Shown: positions 35,693 through 49,135 of the stretch, one piece after another
Position numbering within the stretch: the stretch's first letter is position 1
How the letters are laid out: each line of letters opens with the position of its first letter
From: Octopus vulgaris
Lineage: Eukaryota
Length of the DNA stretch: 64,000 nucleotides
Direction: 5' to 3'
Assembly (NCBI GenBank): GCA_951406725.2
Contig: OX597814.1
Location: forward strand, 215,760,001-215,824,000
Made by a program: the position numbers and the translations under genes
Notes under the pieces: model-generated
The model's database searches: none
The model's input: the letters and a program-made list of their open reading frames with translations, nothing else
What the model was told of the DNA's origin: nothing

Positions 35693-37288
35693 AGTCATTA
35701 CAAAAAAGCAAAGATTTTTTCCCCCATAATGCAGCCCAGAGTAATTGGCTAAAATAAATGATATTAAAGGGGAACAACTTTTACAACTCAAAGCGTAAAT
35801 TGAATATTTGTTAGATCCAAAGAAATATAATAGAAAAATAACTTTTAATCATATATCAGAAAGATGGAAACTAATAAATTATTGAAATAGTCATTTATAG
35901 GAGATTTAAAGTGAAAGCAAGAAGAGAAAAAACAAAAAAATGGTTGAATTATGCGTGTCATATTGATTTTCCGAGTTAAATATATTATCCTTCTCGTCAA
36001 GTAAAAAAATGTTTATGGAATATTTGTTTTGTCTGATATATTTAACAATATTTCTGGTTATCAAAAAAAAAAAAAAGAAAAAATCATCGAAAGTTTTCAA
36101 TGTTTCAAGGAATAATTTATTTTTCAGTGTGGTGAAAGTAGACTCCAAAGAAGTAAAAAATAAAAACAAAATGACGAATTTCAAAACTCTTTGCGATTTA
36201 TTACTCCATCTTCCTCGCTCAACATTAACACAGATACGATAGCAATAATTAGATGAAATAAAATAAAGGCATAAACTATACAGGTATGCTACACACACAC
36301 ACATACACACACACACACTCACACACACAGCGCCACCGACTTTGTTTCCTTATAACCATCAGAAAAAATTAATATTTTTTAATGAAATTTTCTACAAATA
36401 TCTTTCAGATTGTGTAGATAGCGATTATATCGGAATTTTATGCAAAACAAGAAAAAAAAAAGTGGGAGGGTGGGTAGCGGATATTTCATACACCTCGACT
36501 TCATTTCTTCATATATTTTTATGATGTCGATAAAAACTACGTGTGTTGAGTAAAAAATACATTTTAGAATCATTTCGCCGTTTCCTTTCTGAAATTTGGT
36601 AAATGAATATCTTTTTAAAATACAATGAAGTTTTCCAGAGATACAAGCATAATTTGAAGAAAAAAAACCCTTAACGGATATGAACTTGGTATGTCAATTT
36701 GGTATGCTATAGACCTGGAAATTTTCATTTTATCACAAAATGGTCATAGAAAAATTCTAGAACGAATAGGGCGGGAAAGTTCTGACATTTTTTCTTTTTG
36801 TTTTTCAACTTTATTGTAATCTGCATTATCAAAACGTATGCGGAAACAAAGTCGTGGTGCAAGAATTATCAGAAAATCCTCTCTATCCACCCACCCCTTC
36901 TCCCCAACGTAAAGAATTTCCGCAACAAATTTTGATATAATCGTAACCTAATACACTCCGAACCATGTCTGTAGAAAATTTCGTTAAATAGTATCAATTT
37001 TTCTGTAAGTTATGAGAAGATAAAATCGGGAGCACACACGTATAGTTACGCCAAAATCATGTCTTAAGACATAATTTCAGTCTTAGTTGATGCTTTTTTT
37101 GACTAACGTCTTGGTGAATGCTTACAAATATTTCTAAGGAAATTGCCAAACGCATCCATAATAAAAGGGCATTACAGAAGATTTATCAAACATTTCCAAG
37201 TAATATGAATTTAACAGCTGTGTTGGTGGAACAGCGAATAAAACTATCCAGATGAATTATCTCCCCTGAAATGATACACTATATTGTA

Positions 37289-38209
37289 TTGGGTCATCTC
37301 ATAAATAATGTGGGTTTTTTCAATTGCATGAACTAAAAGTCGGAAGGGGACGGGATAAACTACCTCCATCAACTTGCTATAAAAGCAGGTATTAATTTTA
37401 CCTTGGTCCTTATTCTTAGTGAAAGTTTTCAAGAGTGCAGTTCGACTTTAACGGTTATTTTTTCAAAGCTGTTATGGGAGTGACAAAGGAACATATTCGG
37501 CATATTTTTCTTTGTGAGTTCAATAAAGGCACCAACGCAACGGAAAGTGCAAGGAATATTAATGCAGTATATGGGGATCGGACAATAAACGTAAGCAAGT
37601 GTCAACGGTGGTTCCAGAAATTCCGAGCTGGAAACTACAGCTTAGAAGACGAGCCTCGTCCTGGAAGATCTGTAGAGCTCGACAAGGATGTCCTGCAAAC
37701 CCTGGTGGAACAAAATCCCATCGTTTTTTTTTTGAGAAACTAGCAGAGACGCATGGATTTGGACATTCCACCATTCATCGACACTTGCGCTAGAAGAAAA
37801 ACAACCATCTTTGGTTTTACACCGAAAGGTGTCCTTCCATCAGGATAATGCTCGGCCATATACAGCAAGGATGACATTCCAAAGGCTGGAGCAGTTTGAA
37901 TTGGAAACGATGCCCCGCCCACCAAATTCGCCGGACATTGCCCCATCGGATTATCATTTATTCTGCAGTCTTCAAAATCATTAAGACGGAAAAAATATGA
38001 ATTCTGTAGACGAGGTCGGAACCGTACTGGAAGAGTATTTTTCGTTACGGAGAAGTGAATTTTGGAAGAGGAGCTTTGCAAGTCTGCCAGATATATAGAA
38101 GAGCATTGTAGAAAATGAAGGAGAGTATATTTCAGATTTAAAATGAACTTTGTTTATCTTAATTTTGAAAAAGAAGTATAAAAAACGTATTGTTTATAGG
38201 ATGACTCAA
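37289..38209 (+). mobile_element. Internally deleted mariner transposon
   Basis: TIRs TA|TTGGGTCATCTCATAAATAAT and TATTGTTTATAGGATGACTCAA. HTH region (..WFQKFRAGNYSLEDEPRPGR) and C-terminal HQDNARP...SPDIAPSDYHLF are present; the central part is missing. Confidence 0.92.
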
Positions 38210-38539
38210 TGACTTGTATTATAGAGGCTTTGCAGAAAGAACTTTATTCCCCAGTCACACGGTTTTGAGTTCAATCCCACTATGTGGCAAACTGTGCAAG
38301 TATCTTCTGATGTAGCCTTGGGTCGACAAAAGCCTAGTGGGTGGGTTTGATTGATGGAAATTGGGCGCAGGGACTGATGTTGAAAGCCCCGTAACCGTCT
38401 GAGACTCCAGGAACACCACCGGCAATGCATCCTAGAGATCCGCAACATGTATCTTAAAACTCAATGTTTGTGTGTGTGTGTGTGTGTGTATGTCACCCCA
38501 TTTGGTTTATTTACATCTTTATAACTTAGCGCTCCAGCA

Positions 38540-41500
38540 TAAAAGGCCGAATGAATAGGAACTCACCGACTCCAGAGGCGCTTTTCTAGCCTTTCGAAAG
38601 CAACACTTGCTTTCCTAAACCTATATGGAATTTCATCATCCAAATTGCTATATCTATTAATAGTGCTTCCCACGTAGACAAACTGATCAAGTACATCAAG
38701 TCGTTTACCATACACATAGATATTTGGTACACTATACTGCTTACCAGGGGCAGGTTGGTACAGGACAACTGTTTTCTTGAGATTGACTGTCAATCCTAAG
38801 GCACTACAAGCATTAGAGAATGCATTCAAAATGTATTGCATATCAATCTCTGTGTGCACTACTAGATCACAATCATCTGCATACAAAGGGTCTCTTATGA
38901 TAGAGGTAAATCCTTTGTTTTTGCAGCAAAGCGCCTGATATTAAATATGCTGCCAGAGGTTCGATAATGGATGTAAACACCATATCTGCAGTTTCTGAAT
39001 GCAATACAGAAAAACCATTGCAAAATATATGGCAAATACATATTTCCAGAATATTTCCCTGTTTCACTCCATTTTGTATTGAAATGGGCTCCGACATTTT
39101 CCCTCTAACATTCACCCTACCATTCATGTCTTCATGAAAAGACCTAACCAAAGCAAGGAACTTTTCAGGACACCCAAGTTTCTGGAGAACTCTCCACAAT
39201 CCTTTTCTATTGACAGTATCAAAGGCTTTTGTCAGATCGACAAAAACCTGATATAAATCCACACACTTCTCCTGAAGCTGTCTAGCTGAAAAGATCATAT
39301 CAGCACTGCCACGTCCCACACGAAAGCCAGATTGACTTTCTGGAAGAACACAATGTGCAATGTGTTTCAGCAGACGATCCAGAAGTACCCTGCATAAAAC
39401 CTTTCCTATAACAGAAAGCAATGATATTCCCCTATAGTTACCACAATCATTCCTGTTGCTCTTTCCCTTATAGAAGACCATCATTACTGTATCTCTCCAG
39501 TCCTCAGGTACAGATTCATTAGCCCATATCCTGCCAAACAAAGAGTGAAGTTGCTGCAGAATTTTCTCACCAATATGCTGTATCAACTCTGCGTGTATTC
39601 CATCCATACCTGGAGATCTCCCATTATTCATCCTTGAGACAGCTACCGCAAGTTCTTCCAACTTTGGTGGTTCTGCGAGAGCCGCCTTCACAGGTAATCC
39701 ATGGATGAGATTGAGAACATTGTCATTAACTATGGACTGCTGATTCAAAAGTTCATCAAAGTGTTCTTGCCACTTTCACAGAATTCCTTGTGAATCACAA
39801 AGAAATCGTTTACCATTCCTGCTTCGAAGTGGTGTCATTAGAGAAGTTGGTCCATAAACTTCTTGCAAAAGACCATACAACAGCTTTGTGTTATTGGAAT
39901 CCGAAGATGCCTGTATCTCATCAGCCTTCTTACTCCACCACGTATCCCTCATCTGAGAGAACCTCTGCCACACATGTGATTTTACGTCTTTGAGTTCCCT
40001 ATGCAACACTTCCCTTTCCTGTGGCTTTGCTGACAAATAGCGTCACAAAGTACGTCTTTTGTCAACCAATAAATCATCTATATGTTCATCATTTTCTTTA
40101 AACCAATCTTGATGCTTTCTTTGTATCAATCCCAGAACTTTCGTGCCTATATCATAAACTGACTTTTTAAGCTGTCGATCAATCCTTCCCAATATCTGCA
40201 GCATTCATTTCCTCTCGTAAAGTTCTCTTCACACTATTACACCTAAGACAATCAACATTCAGTCTTTTAGGCAGGGTAATCCCTGCAGCTCGGATTTTAT
40301 GTTTTGTGACTAATTTCACTTTTGCACGTACTAGGCAGTGGTCAGTCCAACACTCAGCTCCACGAAGAACACGAACACACTGCACATCCTGTCTGTCATG
40401 CACCCTAACAAGGATGTAATCCAGAATATGCCATTCTTTAGATGCAGGATGCATCTTAAACTTATTCTTTTGCTGAAACATGGTATTGGTAACACACAGA
40501 CGCAGCTCCTCGCACATCTGCAGCAGAAACATGCCATTACTATTACACTTCCCCACCCCATGCTTTCCAATTACAGTCCATGTGTTAAAATCCCTACCCA
40601 CTCTAGCATTAATGTCACCCAGTACAATGACTTTGTCTGCCCGAGGGATATTTCTTATAATGCCCTTCAAAGCATGGTAGAAAGAAACATTTTCGTCATC
40701 AGTATAGCATATAGTTGGCGCATACACACTCACCAAGGTCACATCATTTCCTTTAACCAAAGAAGTGGCATTTGCTGTTAAGGCTACTCTTGTGGACAAG
40801 TTAGAAGATTCCCAGTCGGGATTAACAAGTGTTTTAGGTCCATAACCAGTGTAAGCTATGGACCTAAGACGCTCATTAATCCCGACTGGGAATTCTTTCA
40901 ACTTGTCCACAAGAGTAGCCTTAACAGCAAATGCCACTCCAGCCTCTCTTCTAAACTCTTCATTCATCCCCTTCCAAAAGAATGTATATTTTCCATAAGA
41001 TTCTGTAAGATGACCATCTCCAGCTAATCTCATCTCAGATAAAGCAACGATGTCAAGATCAGGACATTCTGAGGACTTATGGTCAAGCAGTGTCCGTACA
41101 TTCCAACAGCCAATATTCAATATTTTATTTGGTTCTATCATAGTAGCACGATGATGGCTGGGTTCAGACTGTGATGCTCTGGAGCCCCTGCTGTGCCAGA
41201 CTCTTTCATCTGATGTGGTTCCAGAGTCCTTACTGCCATTTATTTTTATATTGTTTTGGTACATCATTGATTGTTTGCTTTTTAAGGCTACAGCCAGCCA
41301 TTCAGTTGAGACTCACAGCACTTTCAACAATCATCAATGTTGTTATCATGCAATGCCTGTGCAAGAAGATTTTTTTTAAAGTGAGGAAAGGCTGTGCACT
41401 GAGTCAATCTCACTCACTAAGCAACAGCAGCCATGACCCGAAAAAAAGAACAAGTCAACATCATCAGTAACCACTCAGCCGCAGGTTTTATGTTGGAGTT

Positions 41501-41580
41501 ATCCCAGTTATCCGAGTTGCTTTCTCCTAGAAGGATTCCCTAACAAGGGCTAGGGGTCCTTCACTCCCAATGGTTTAACC
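38540..41580 (-). mobile_element. RTE-clade LINE (5' UTR, APE endonuclease, RT), frameshifted and lacking its 3' end
   Basis: IGCWNVRTL, VSVYAPT, GDINARVG, LDYIL, TDHCLV, NYRGISLLS, FVDLTKAFDTV and YADD motifs across ORFs 40179-41267, 39776-40036, 38873-39748 and 38563-38886. Confidence 0.93.
40764..40938. repeat. Fold-back inverted duplication inside the RTE endonuclease region
   Basis: Arms of ~81 bp with a 12-nt loop (40845-40856). The outer 39 bp are perfectly complementary. Confidence 0.92.
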
Positions 41581-41791
41581 GCGTAATCAGGTATTCGGTC
41601 TGATTATTTCTATGTCCCTGTGCAAGATACAGCCATAAACTGGATAAAATAGATATGAGGGGAAAAAAAACACATACAAAATATACATAAATATATGATA
41701 TGGAATATATAAAAAAAACTATAAAATAATATATATAATGAGCAAATTATAAAAATATACAATATATAAAATTAGTGAGAAAAAGGGGCAT

Positions 41792-44700
41792 ATTCAGCTA
41801 TTAAAGTCTTATCACACAATTACTTATTTATTCTCTAAATTTTGTCTCAGATTGTCTGACGGAGAACTCTCAGATTTTTCAAGTTTATTTTACTATTTGA
41901 CTATTATCAACACTTGCTGTCTCATTAAACTATGATTAGTAGACCCTCTTCCTAGTTCGAGGTGCTTAGTTCATGCATTTCCTTAACCCAACATATTCAT
42001 TGATTCATTCATGAAGTCTTATCACACAATTACTTATTTATTCTCTAAATTTTGTCTCAGATTGTCTGACGGAGAACTCTCAGATTTTTCAAGTTTATTT
42101 TACTATTTGACTATTATCAACACTTGCTGTCTCATTAAACTATGATTAGTAGACCCTCTTCCTAGTTCGAGGTGCTTAGTTCATGCATTTCCTTAACCCA
42201 ACATATTCATTGATTCATTCATGAAAGTCTTATCACACAATTACTTATTTATTCTCTAAATTTTGTCTCAGATTGTCTGACGGAGAACTCTCAGATTTTT
42301 CAAGTTTATTTTACTATTTGACTATTGTCAACACTTGCTGTCTCATTAAACTATGATTAGTAGACCCTCTTCCTAGTTCGAGGTGCTTAGTTCATGCATT
42401 TCCTTAACCCAACATATTCATTGATTCATTCATGAAAGTCTTATCACACAATTACTTATTTATTCTCTAAATTTTGTCTCAGATTGTCTGACGGAGAACT
42501 CTCAGATTTTTCAAGTTTATTTTACTATTTGACTATTGTCAACACTTGCTGTCTCATTAAACTATGATTAGTAGACCCTCTTCCTAGTTCGAGGTGCTTA
42601 GTTCATGCATTTCCTTAACCCAACATATTCATTGATTCATTCATGAAAGTCTTATCACACAATTACTTATTTATTCTCTAAATTTTGTCTCAGATTGTCT
42701 GACGGAGAACTCTCAGATTTTTCAAGTTTATTTTACTATTTGACTATTGTCAACACTTGCTGTCTCATTAAACTATGATTAGTAGACCCTCTTCCTAGTT
42801 CGAGGTGCTTAGTTCATGCATTTCCTTAACCCAACATATTCATTGATTCATTCATGAAGTCTTATCACACAATTACTTATTTATTCTCTAAATTTTGTCT
42901 TAGATTGTCTGACGGAGAACTCTCAGATTTTTCAAGTTTATTTTACTATTTGACTATTATCAACACTTGCTGTCTCATTAAACTATGATTAGTAGACCCT
43001 CTTCCTAGTTCGAGGTGCTTAGTTCATGCATTTCCTTAACCCAACATATTCATTGATTCATTCATGAAAGTCTTATCACACAATTACTTATTTATTCTCT
43101 AAATTTTGTCTTAGATTGTCTGACGGAGAACTCTCAGATTTTTCAAGTTTATTTTACTATTTGACTATTATCAACACTTGCTGTCTCATTAAACTATGAT
43201 TAGTAGACCCTCTTCCTAGTTCGAGGTGCTTAGTTCATGCATTTCCTTAACCCAACATATTCATTGATTCATTCATGAAGTCTTATCACACAATTACTTA
43301 TTTATTCTCTAAATTTTGTCTTAGATTGTCTGACGGAGAACTCTCAGATTTTTCAAGTTTATTTTACTATTTGACTATTATCAACACTTGCTGTCTCATT
43401 AAACTATGATTAGTAGACCCTCTTCCTAGTTCGAGGTGCTTAGTTCATGCATTTCCTTAACCCAACATATTCATTGATTCATTCATGAAAGTCTTATCAC
43501 ACAATTACTTATTTATTCTCTAAATTTTGTCTTAGATTGTCTGACGGAGAACTCTCAGATTTTTCAAGTTTATTTTACTATTTGACTATTATCAACACTT
43601 GCTGTCTCATTAAACTATGATTAGTAGACCCTCTTCCTAGTTCGAGGTGCTTAGTTCATGCATTTCCTTAACCCAACATATTCATTGATTCATTCATGAA
43701 GTCTTATCACACAATTACTTATTTATTCTCTAAATTTTGTCTCAGATTGTCTGACGGAGAACTCTCAGATTTTTCAAGTTTATTTTACTATTTGACTATT
43801 GTCAACACTTGCTGTCTCATTAAACTATGATTAGTAGACCCTCTTCCTAGTTCGAGGTGCTTAGTTCATGCATTTCCTTAACCCAACATATTCATTGATT
43901 CATTCATGAAAGTCTTATCACACAATTACTTATTTATTCTCTAAATTTTGTCTCAGATTGTCTGACAGAGAACTCTCAGATTTTTCAAGTTTATTTTACT
44001 ATTTGACTATTGTCAACACTTGCTGTCTCATTAAACTATGATTAGTAGACCCTCTTCCTAGTTCGAGGTGCTTAGTTCATGCATTTCCTTAACCCAACAT
44101 ATTCATTGATTCATTCATGAAGTCTTATCACACAATTACTTATTTATTCTCTAAATTTTGTCTTAGATTGTCTGACGGAGAACTCTCAGATTTTTCAAGT
44201 TTATTTTACTATTTGACTATTATCAACACTTGCTGTCTCATTAAACTATGATTAGTAGACCCTCTTCCTAGTTCGAGGTGCTTAGTTCATGCATTTCCTT
44301 AACCCAACATATTCATTGATTCATTCATGAAAGTCTTATCACACAATTACTTATTTATTCTCTAAATTTTGTCTTAGATTGTCTGACGGAGAACTCTCAG
44401 ATTTTTCAAGTTTATTTTACTATTTGACTATTATCAACACTTGCTGTCTCATTAAACTATGATTAGTAGACCCTCTTCCTAGTTCGAGGTGCTTAGTTCA
44501 TGCATTTCCTTAACCCAACATATTCATTGATTCATTCATGAAAGTCTTATCACACAATTACTTATTTATTCTCTAAATTTTGTCTTAGATTGTCTGACGG
44601 AGAACTCTCAGATTTTTCAAGTTTATTTTACTATTTGACTATTATCAACACTTGCTGTCTCATTAAACTATGATTAGTAGACCCTCTTCCTAGTTCGAGG

Positions 44701-45940
44701 TGCTTAGTTCATGCATTTCCTTAACCCAACATATTCATTGATTCATTCATGAAAGTCTTATCACACAATTACTTATTTATTCTCTAAATTTTGTCTTAGA
44801 TTGTCTGACGGAGAACTCTCAGATTTTTCAAGTTTATTTTACTATTTGACTATTATCAACACTTGCTGTCTCATTAAACTATGATTAGTAGACCCTCTTC
44901 CTAGTTCGAGGTGCTTAGTTCATGCATTTCCTTAACCCAACATATTCATTGATTCATTCATGAAAGTCTTATCACACAATTACTTATTTATTCTCTAAAT
45001 TTTGTCTTAGATTGTCTGACGGAGAACTCTCAGATTTTTCAAGTTTATTTTACTATTTGACTATTATCAACACTTGCTGTCTCATTAAACTATGATTAGT
45101 AGACCCTCTTCCTAGTTCGAGGTGCTTAGTTCATGCATTTCCTTAACCCAACATATTCATTGATTCATTCATGAAGTCTTATCACACAATTACTTATTTA
45201 TTCTCTAAATTTTGTCTTAGATTGTCTGACGGAGAACTCTCAGATTTTTCAAGTTTATTTTACTATTTGACTATTATCAACACTTGCTGTCTCATTAAAC
45301 TATGATTAGTAGACCCTCTTCCTAGTTCGAGGTGCTTAGTTCATGCATTTCCTTAACCCAACATATTCATTGATTCATTCATGAAAGTCTTATCACACAA
45401 TTACTTATTTATTCTCTAAATTTTGTCTCAGATTGTCTGACGGAGAACTCTCAGATTTTTCAAGTTTATTTTACTATTTGACTATTGTCAACACTTGCTG
45501 TCTCATTAAACTATGATTAGTAGACCCTCTTCCTAGTTCGAGGTGCTTAGTTCATGCATTTCCTTAACCCAACATATTCATTGATTCATTCATGAAAGTC
45601 TTATCACACAATTACTTATTTATTCTCTAAATTTTGTCTTAGATTGTCTGACGGAGAACTCTCAGATTTTTCAAGTTTATTTTACTATTTGACTATTGTC
45701 AACACTTGCTGTCTCATTAAACTATGATTAGTAGACCCTCTTCCTAGTTCGAGGTGCTTAGTTCATGCATTTCCTTAACCCAACATATTCATTGATTCAT
45801 TCATGAAAGTCTTATCACACAATTACTTATTTATTCTCTAAATTTTGTCTCAGATTGTCTGACGGAGAACTCTCAGATTTTTCAATTCTATCTTACTATT
45901 ATTAACATTGCTGTCTCCTTAAACTATGCTAGGCAGATCC
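41792..45940 (+). repeat. Tandem satellite with a 210/211-bp unit: 19 complete copies plus a diverged partial copy
   Basis: GTCTTATCACACAATTAC recurs 20 times from 41806 to 45809 at 210-211 bp spacing. The units are near-identical. Confidence 0.97.
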
Positions 45941-46309
45941 CCCCCAAAATATTTCCTCTCGCATGTTCTTGACCACTTCCCTCATCTCTCTATTTTACTC
46001 TGTCTGTCTCTCTCTTTTGATTACCACTCGCTTCACCAAGACTTCCTCCACCGCCATCGCCCTATATAAACTAGCGCATGCACATGGACACCCACTCGCT
46101 TTCAATCACCTGCCAAAGAATAACGGATCGCTGATGTACAAATAAGAATTTATCAAACCTCGTTTCGTCTACTTTACTATTTCTGTGCAGATCATTATCC
46201 TTTCCACTATTAGTTCTTTTCAATATTCTGTCTAGTTCAGTAACATGCCATCATGTAAATATAGTTTTCAATAGTGTCGTCTTCCCTGTTGTTCCCTTAA
46301 GATAACCTT

Positions 46310-46515
46310 AGTTTATGCATTTCTTTAACCCAACATATTCATTGATTCATTCAGCTATTAAAGTCTTATCCCACAATTACTTATTTATTCTCTAAATTTT
46401 GTCTTAGATTGTCTGACGGAGAACTCTCAGATTTTTCAAGTCTATTTTACTATTATCACCATTTGCTATCTCGTTAAACTATGATTAGCAGACCCTCTTC
46501 CTAGTCCAAGGTGCG
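46310..46515 (+). repeat. Solitary diverged copy of the satellite monomer
   Basis: Same sequence, but with ATTCAGCTATTAAAGTCTT, which matches only the array's left border. Confidence 0.9.
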
Positions 46516-46799
46516 CCCACTCTCCCACCCCCTCCACCTGTACCGGAAGTTCCTATCGTTCCTATTCTTTCTCATCCCTGGGTTGCTTCCCATGAACACT
46601 GCAAAAGGCATTTCGCCATCCCCACCCCCAGTCTCGGTCTATCTCCTATGTAAGGTAATGTTCATATAGTGTAAAATATGAAAGGGTAGTGTTATGCAGG
46701 TTGAACTGAAGGCTACTGTATTGCTTGCTCATGAATACTGCGAAATGCGAGTTTTCTTTTCAGGTACATGAAGCTACTGTCCCCTGCCCCACCTTACAC

Positions 46800-49135
46800 A
46801 CCCTCAGGGTTCGCACTCTCAACGTTGGCACACTGAAAGGTAGGTCTAGTGAGATCATTGAGATACTTGAACACTGACAGGGTCGGGGGCGTGGGTATAC
46901 ATCTCACTGAAAAATGAGTAGATAAGGTAATTGAGGTAATCAGAGTATGCGACAGAATACTTAAGATTAGATTAGTGCTTCACCATGGGTTAGCAACCAT
47001 TATATTGGGCTATGCCCTTCAGCCGGGGCTACCCAATGGACAGAAATACAGATTCTATGACACCCTACTGGAGACTACCTTGTTGATGAATGACAGGGAC
47101 CTTCTCTTTTCTCTCTGGTGACTTCAATGGACATGTTGGACAACATACAGGGGGCTTTCATGGCGTACATGGAGGCTACGGTTATGGTTCCCACAAACGA
47201 GGAGGGAACCAAGCTGCTGGAGTTCTGCAATGCAAATGATCTTATGGTTTGCAACACTAACTTCAGGAAACCTACCAGTCAACTACCAATCGGAAACCTA
47301 CCAGTCAACTACCAAATTGACTACATCCTTGCCAGAAAAAGGGAAAGATGGCTGCTTATAAATGCCAAAACCTTCCCAGGTGAAGAATGTACCCCACAAC
47401 ATAGACTGGTACTTAGTGAATTTAGGATCAAAACTAAGTGGATGCCTAGAAGACAACCAGCATGGAGAAGAAGGGTCTAGAAGATATAAGGTCCTGTGAA
47501 TGGACAGAGATTTAGAGACATATTACTCGAAGCTTTTGACGAAATAGAAGGAGATATAGCTTCACATGGTGTAGAAGACAACTTGAGGTTTCTACGGAAC
47601 AACATGCTGAGAGCCACTGACCAGATCTGTGGATGGTGCAAAGTCCCCTCTCGACTCAAAATAACGTGGTGGTGGAACAATGTTGTAAACAGGAGTAAAA
47701 GAGAAAAGAGACAGGCTTGGAAGGACCTGAAGAACGGTGGAAGCAGGGAACTGTATCAGACTGCCAAAAGGAAAGCTAGGAGACAGGTTTATTTAGCCAG
47801 AGGGGAAGTAGATAATAAAAAATTTACCAATGTTCTGCGCCGTGAGGACCAAAGACTTGAGGTATTTCATGTTGCAAGACAGTGTATGAGAGAGAATCTT
47901 GATGTGGTAGGAGAGAAATGTGTTCGCATGGATGATGGTTCTCTTGCACTAAATGAGGCTGCAAAGAGAGAGATTTGTAGATGCCACTATCAAAGGTTGA
48001 TGAATAAAGAAAATGAATGGGAGAAAGAGAATCTGCCGAATGTCGACCCAACAGAGGAACCAGCTATTCAAGTTGACAGTATCTTGGTAGATAAAGAAAT
48101 AAAAAGTATGAAGACAGGGAAAGCCCCCGGCCCATCAGGAATTACTACAGAGATGCCCAAAATATCTGGCAGTGTCGACATTAGCCTAGTCACCCGTATA
48201 GTTAACCAGGTGATACACGAAGGAGTCATACCCAATGACTGGTGTAGCAGCATAATAGTCAACTGCTACAAAGGTAAAGGTGATGCTTTAGATACAAATA
48301 ATTACAGAGGTATCAAGCTGTTGCATCAGGTAATGAATATCACGGAGAGGGTCATAGCCCAACTAATTGAGAAAAGAGTCAGTTTGGATGAGATGCAGTT
48401 TGGTTTCGTGCCATGGAAAAGCACCACCAATGCCATATTTCTGGTGAGACAGCTGCAAGTGAAATACATAGCCAAAGATAAAACTCTGTACCTGGCTTTC
48501 ATTGACATGGAGAAAGCCTTTGACAGGGTCCCCCGATCCCATATCTGATGGGGATAGATGAATGGTTAGTGAGAGCCATGCAAGCCACATACAGGGACGC
48601 TGTCAGTAAAGTGAAGGTTGGCAACGAGTACAGTGAAGAATTCTGGGTAGAGGTAGGGGTCCACCAAGGTTCAGTCCTCAGTCTGCTCCTATTTATCATA
48701 GTCCTCCAGTCAATAATGGGGGAATTTAAGACAGGATGCCCCTGGGAGCTCCTCTATGCTGATGACCTTGTTCTAAATGCTGTCACTATCAGAACTAGAG
48801 GAGAAGTTTCAAGTGTGGAAACATGGATTAGAATCGAAGGGCCTTAGAGTCAACCTAGCTAAAACAAAAGTCCTAATAAGTAGGAATGCAGGCAAACCAC
48901 AAATCCCTTCAGGTAGATGGCCCTGTTCGATCTGTAGTAGAGGCACAGGTAGAAACTCTATAAGATGTACCTAGTGTAAGCTATGGACACATAAGAGGTG
49001 CAGCAATATCGAAAGGCTAACTGGGAGGATAGCTTTTGTATGTGGCAGATGCTCGGGAGCTATAAATAAAACTGAAATTGTGCAGAGAACAACTTCTGCC
49101 ACATTTCAGGGAGAAAAACTAGAAGTAGTTGATAG
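46800..49135 (+). mobile_element. RTE-like LINE (endonuclease + RT), degraded
   Basis: RVRTLNVGTLKGR, QIDYIL, NYRGIKLL, FIDMEKAFDRV, GVHQGSVLS and LLYADDLVL, followed by a Cys-rich stretch WPCSIC...CKLWTHKRC. Confidence 0.9.

Noticed and set aside
41792-45940. Satellite as a CRISPR array or retrozyme tandem
   Set aside because: There are no unique spacers or cas genes. No CTGANGA...GAAA core was found on either strand of the unit; CTGACGGAGAACTCTCAG is only a small hairpin.
38540-49135. Active autonomous RTE elements
   Set aside because: Both copies have frameshifts or stops and lack 3' ends.
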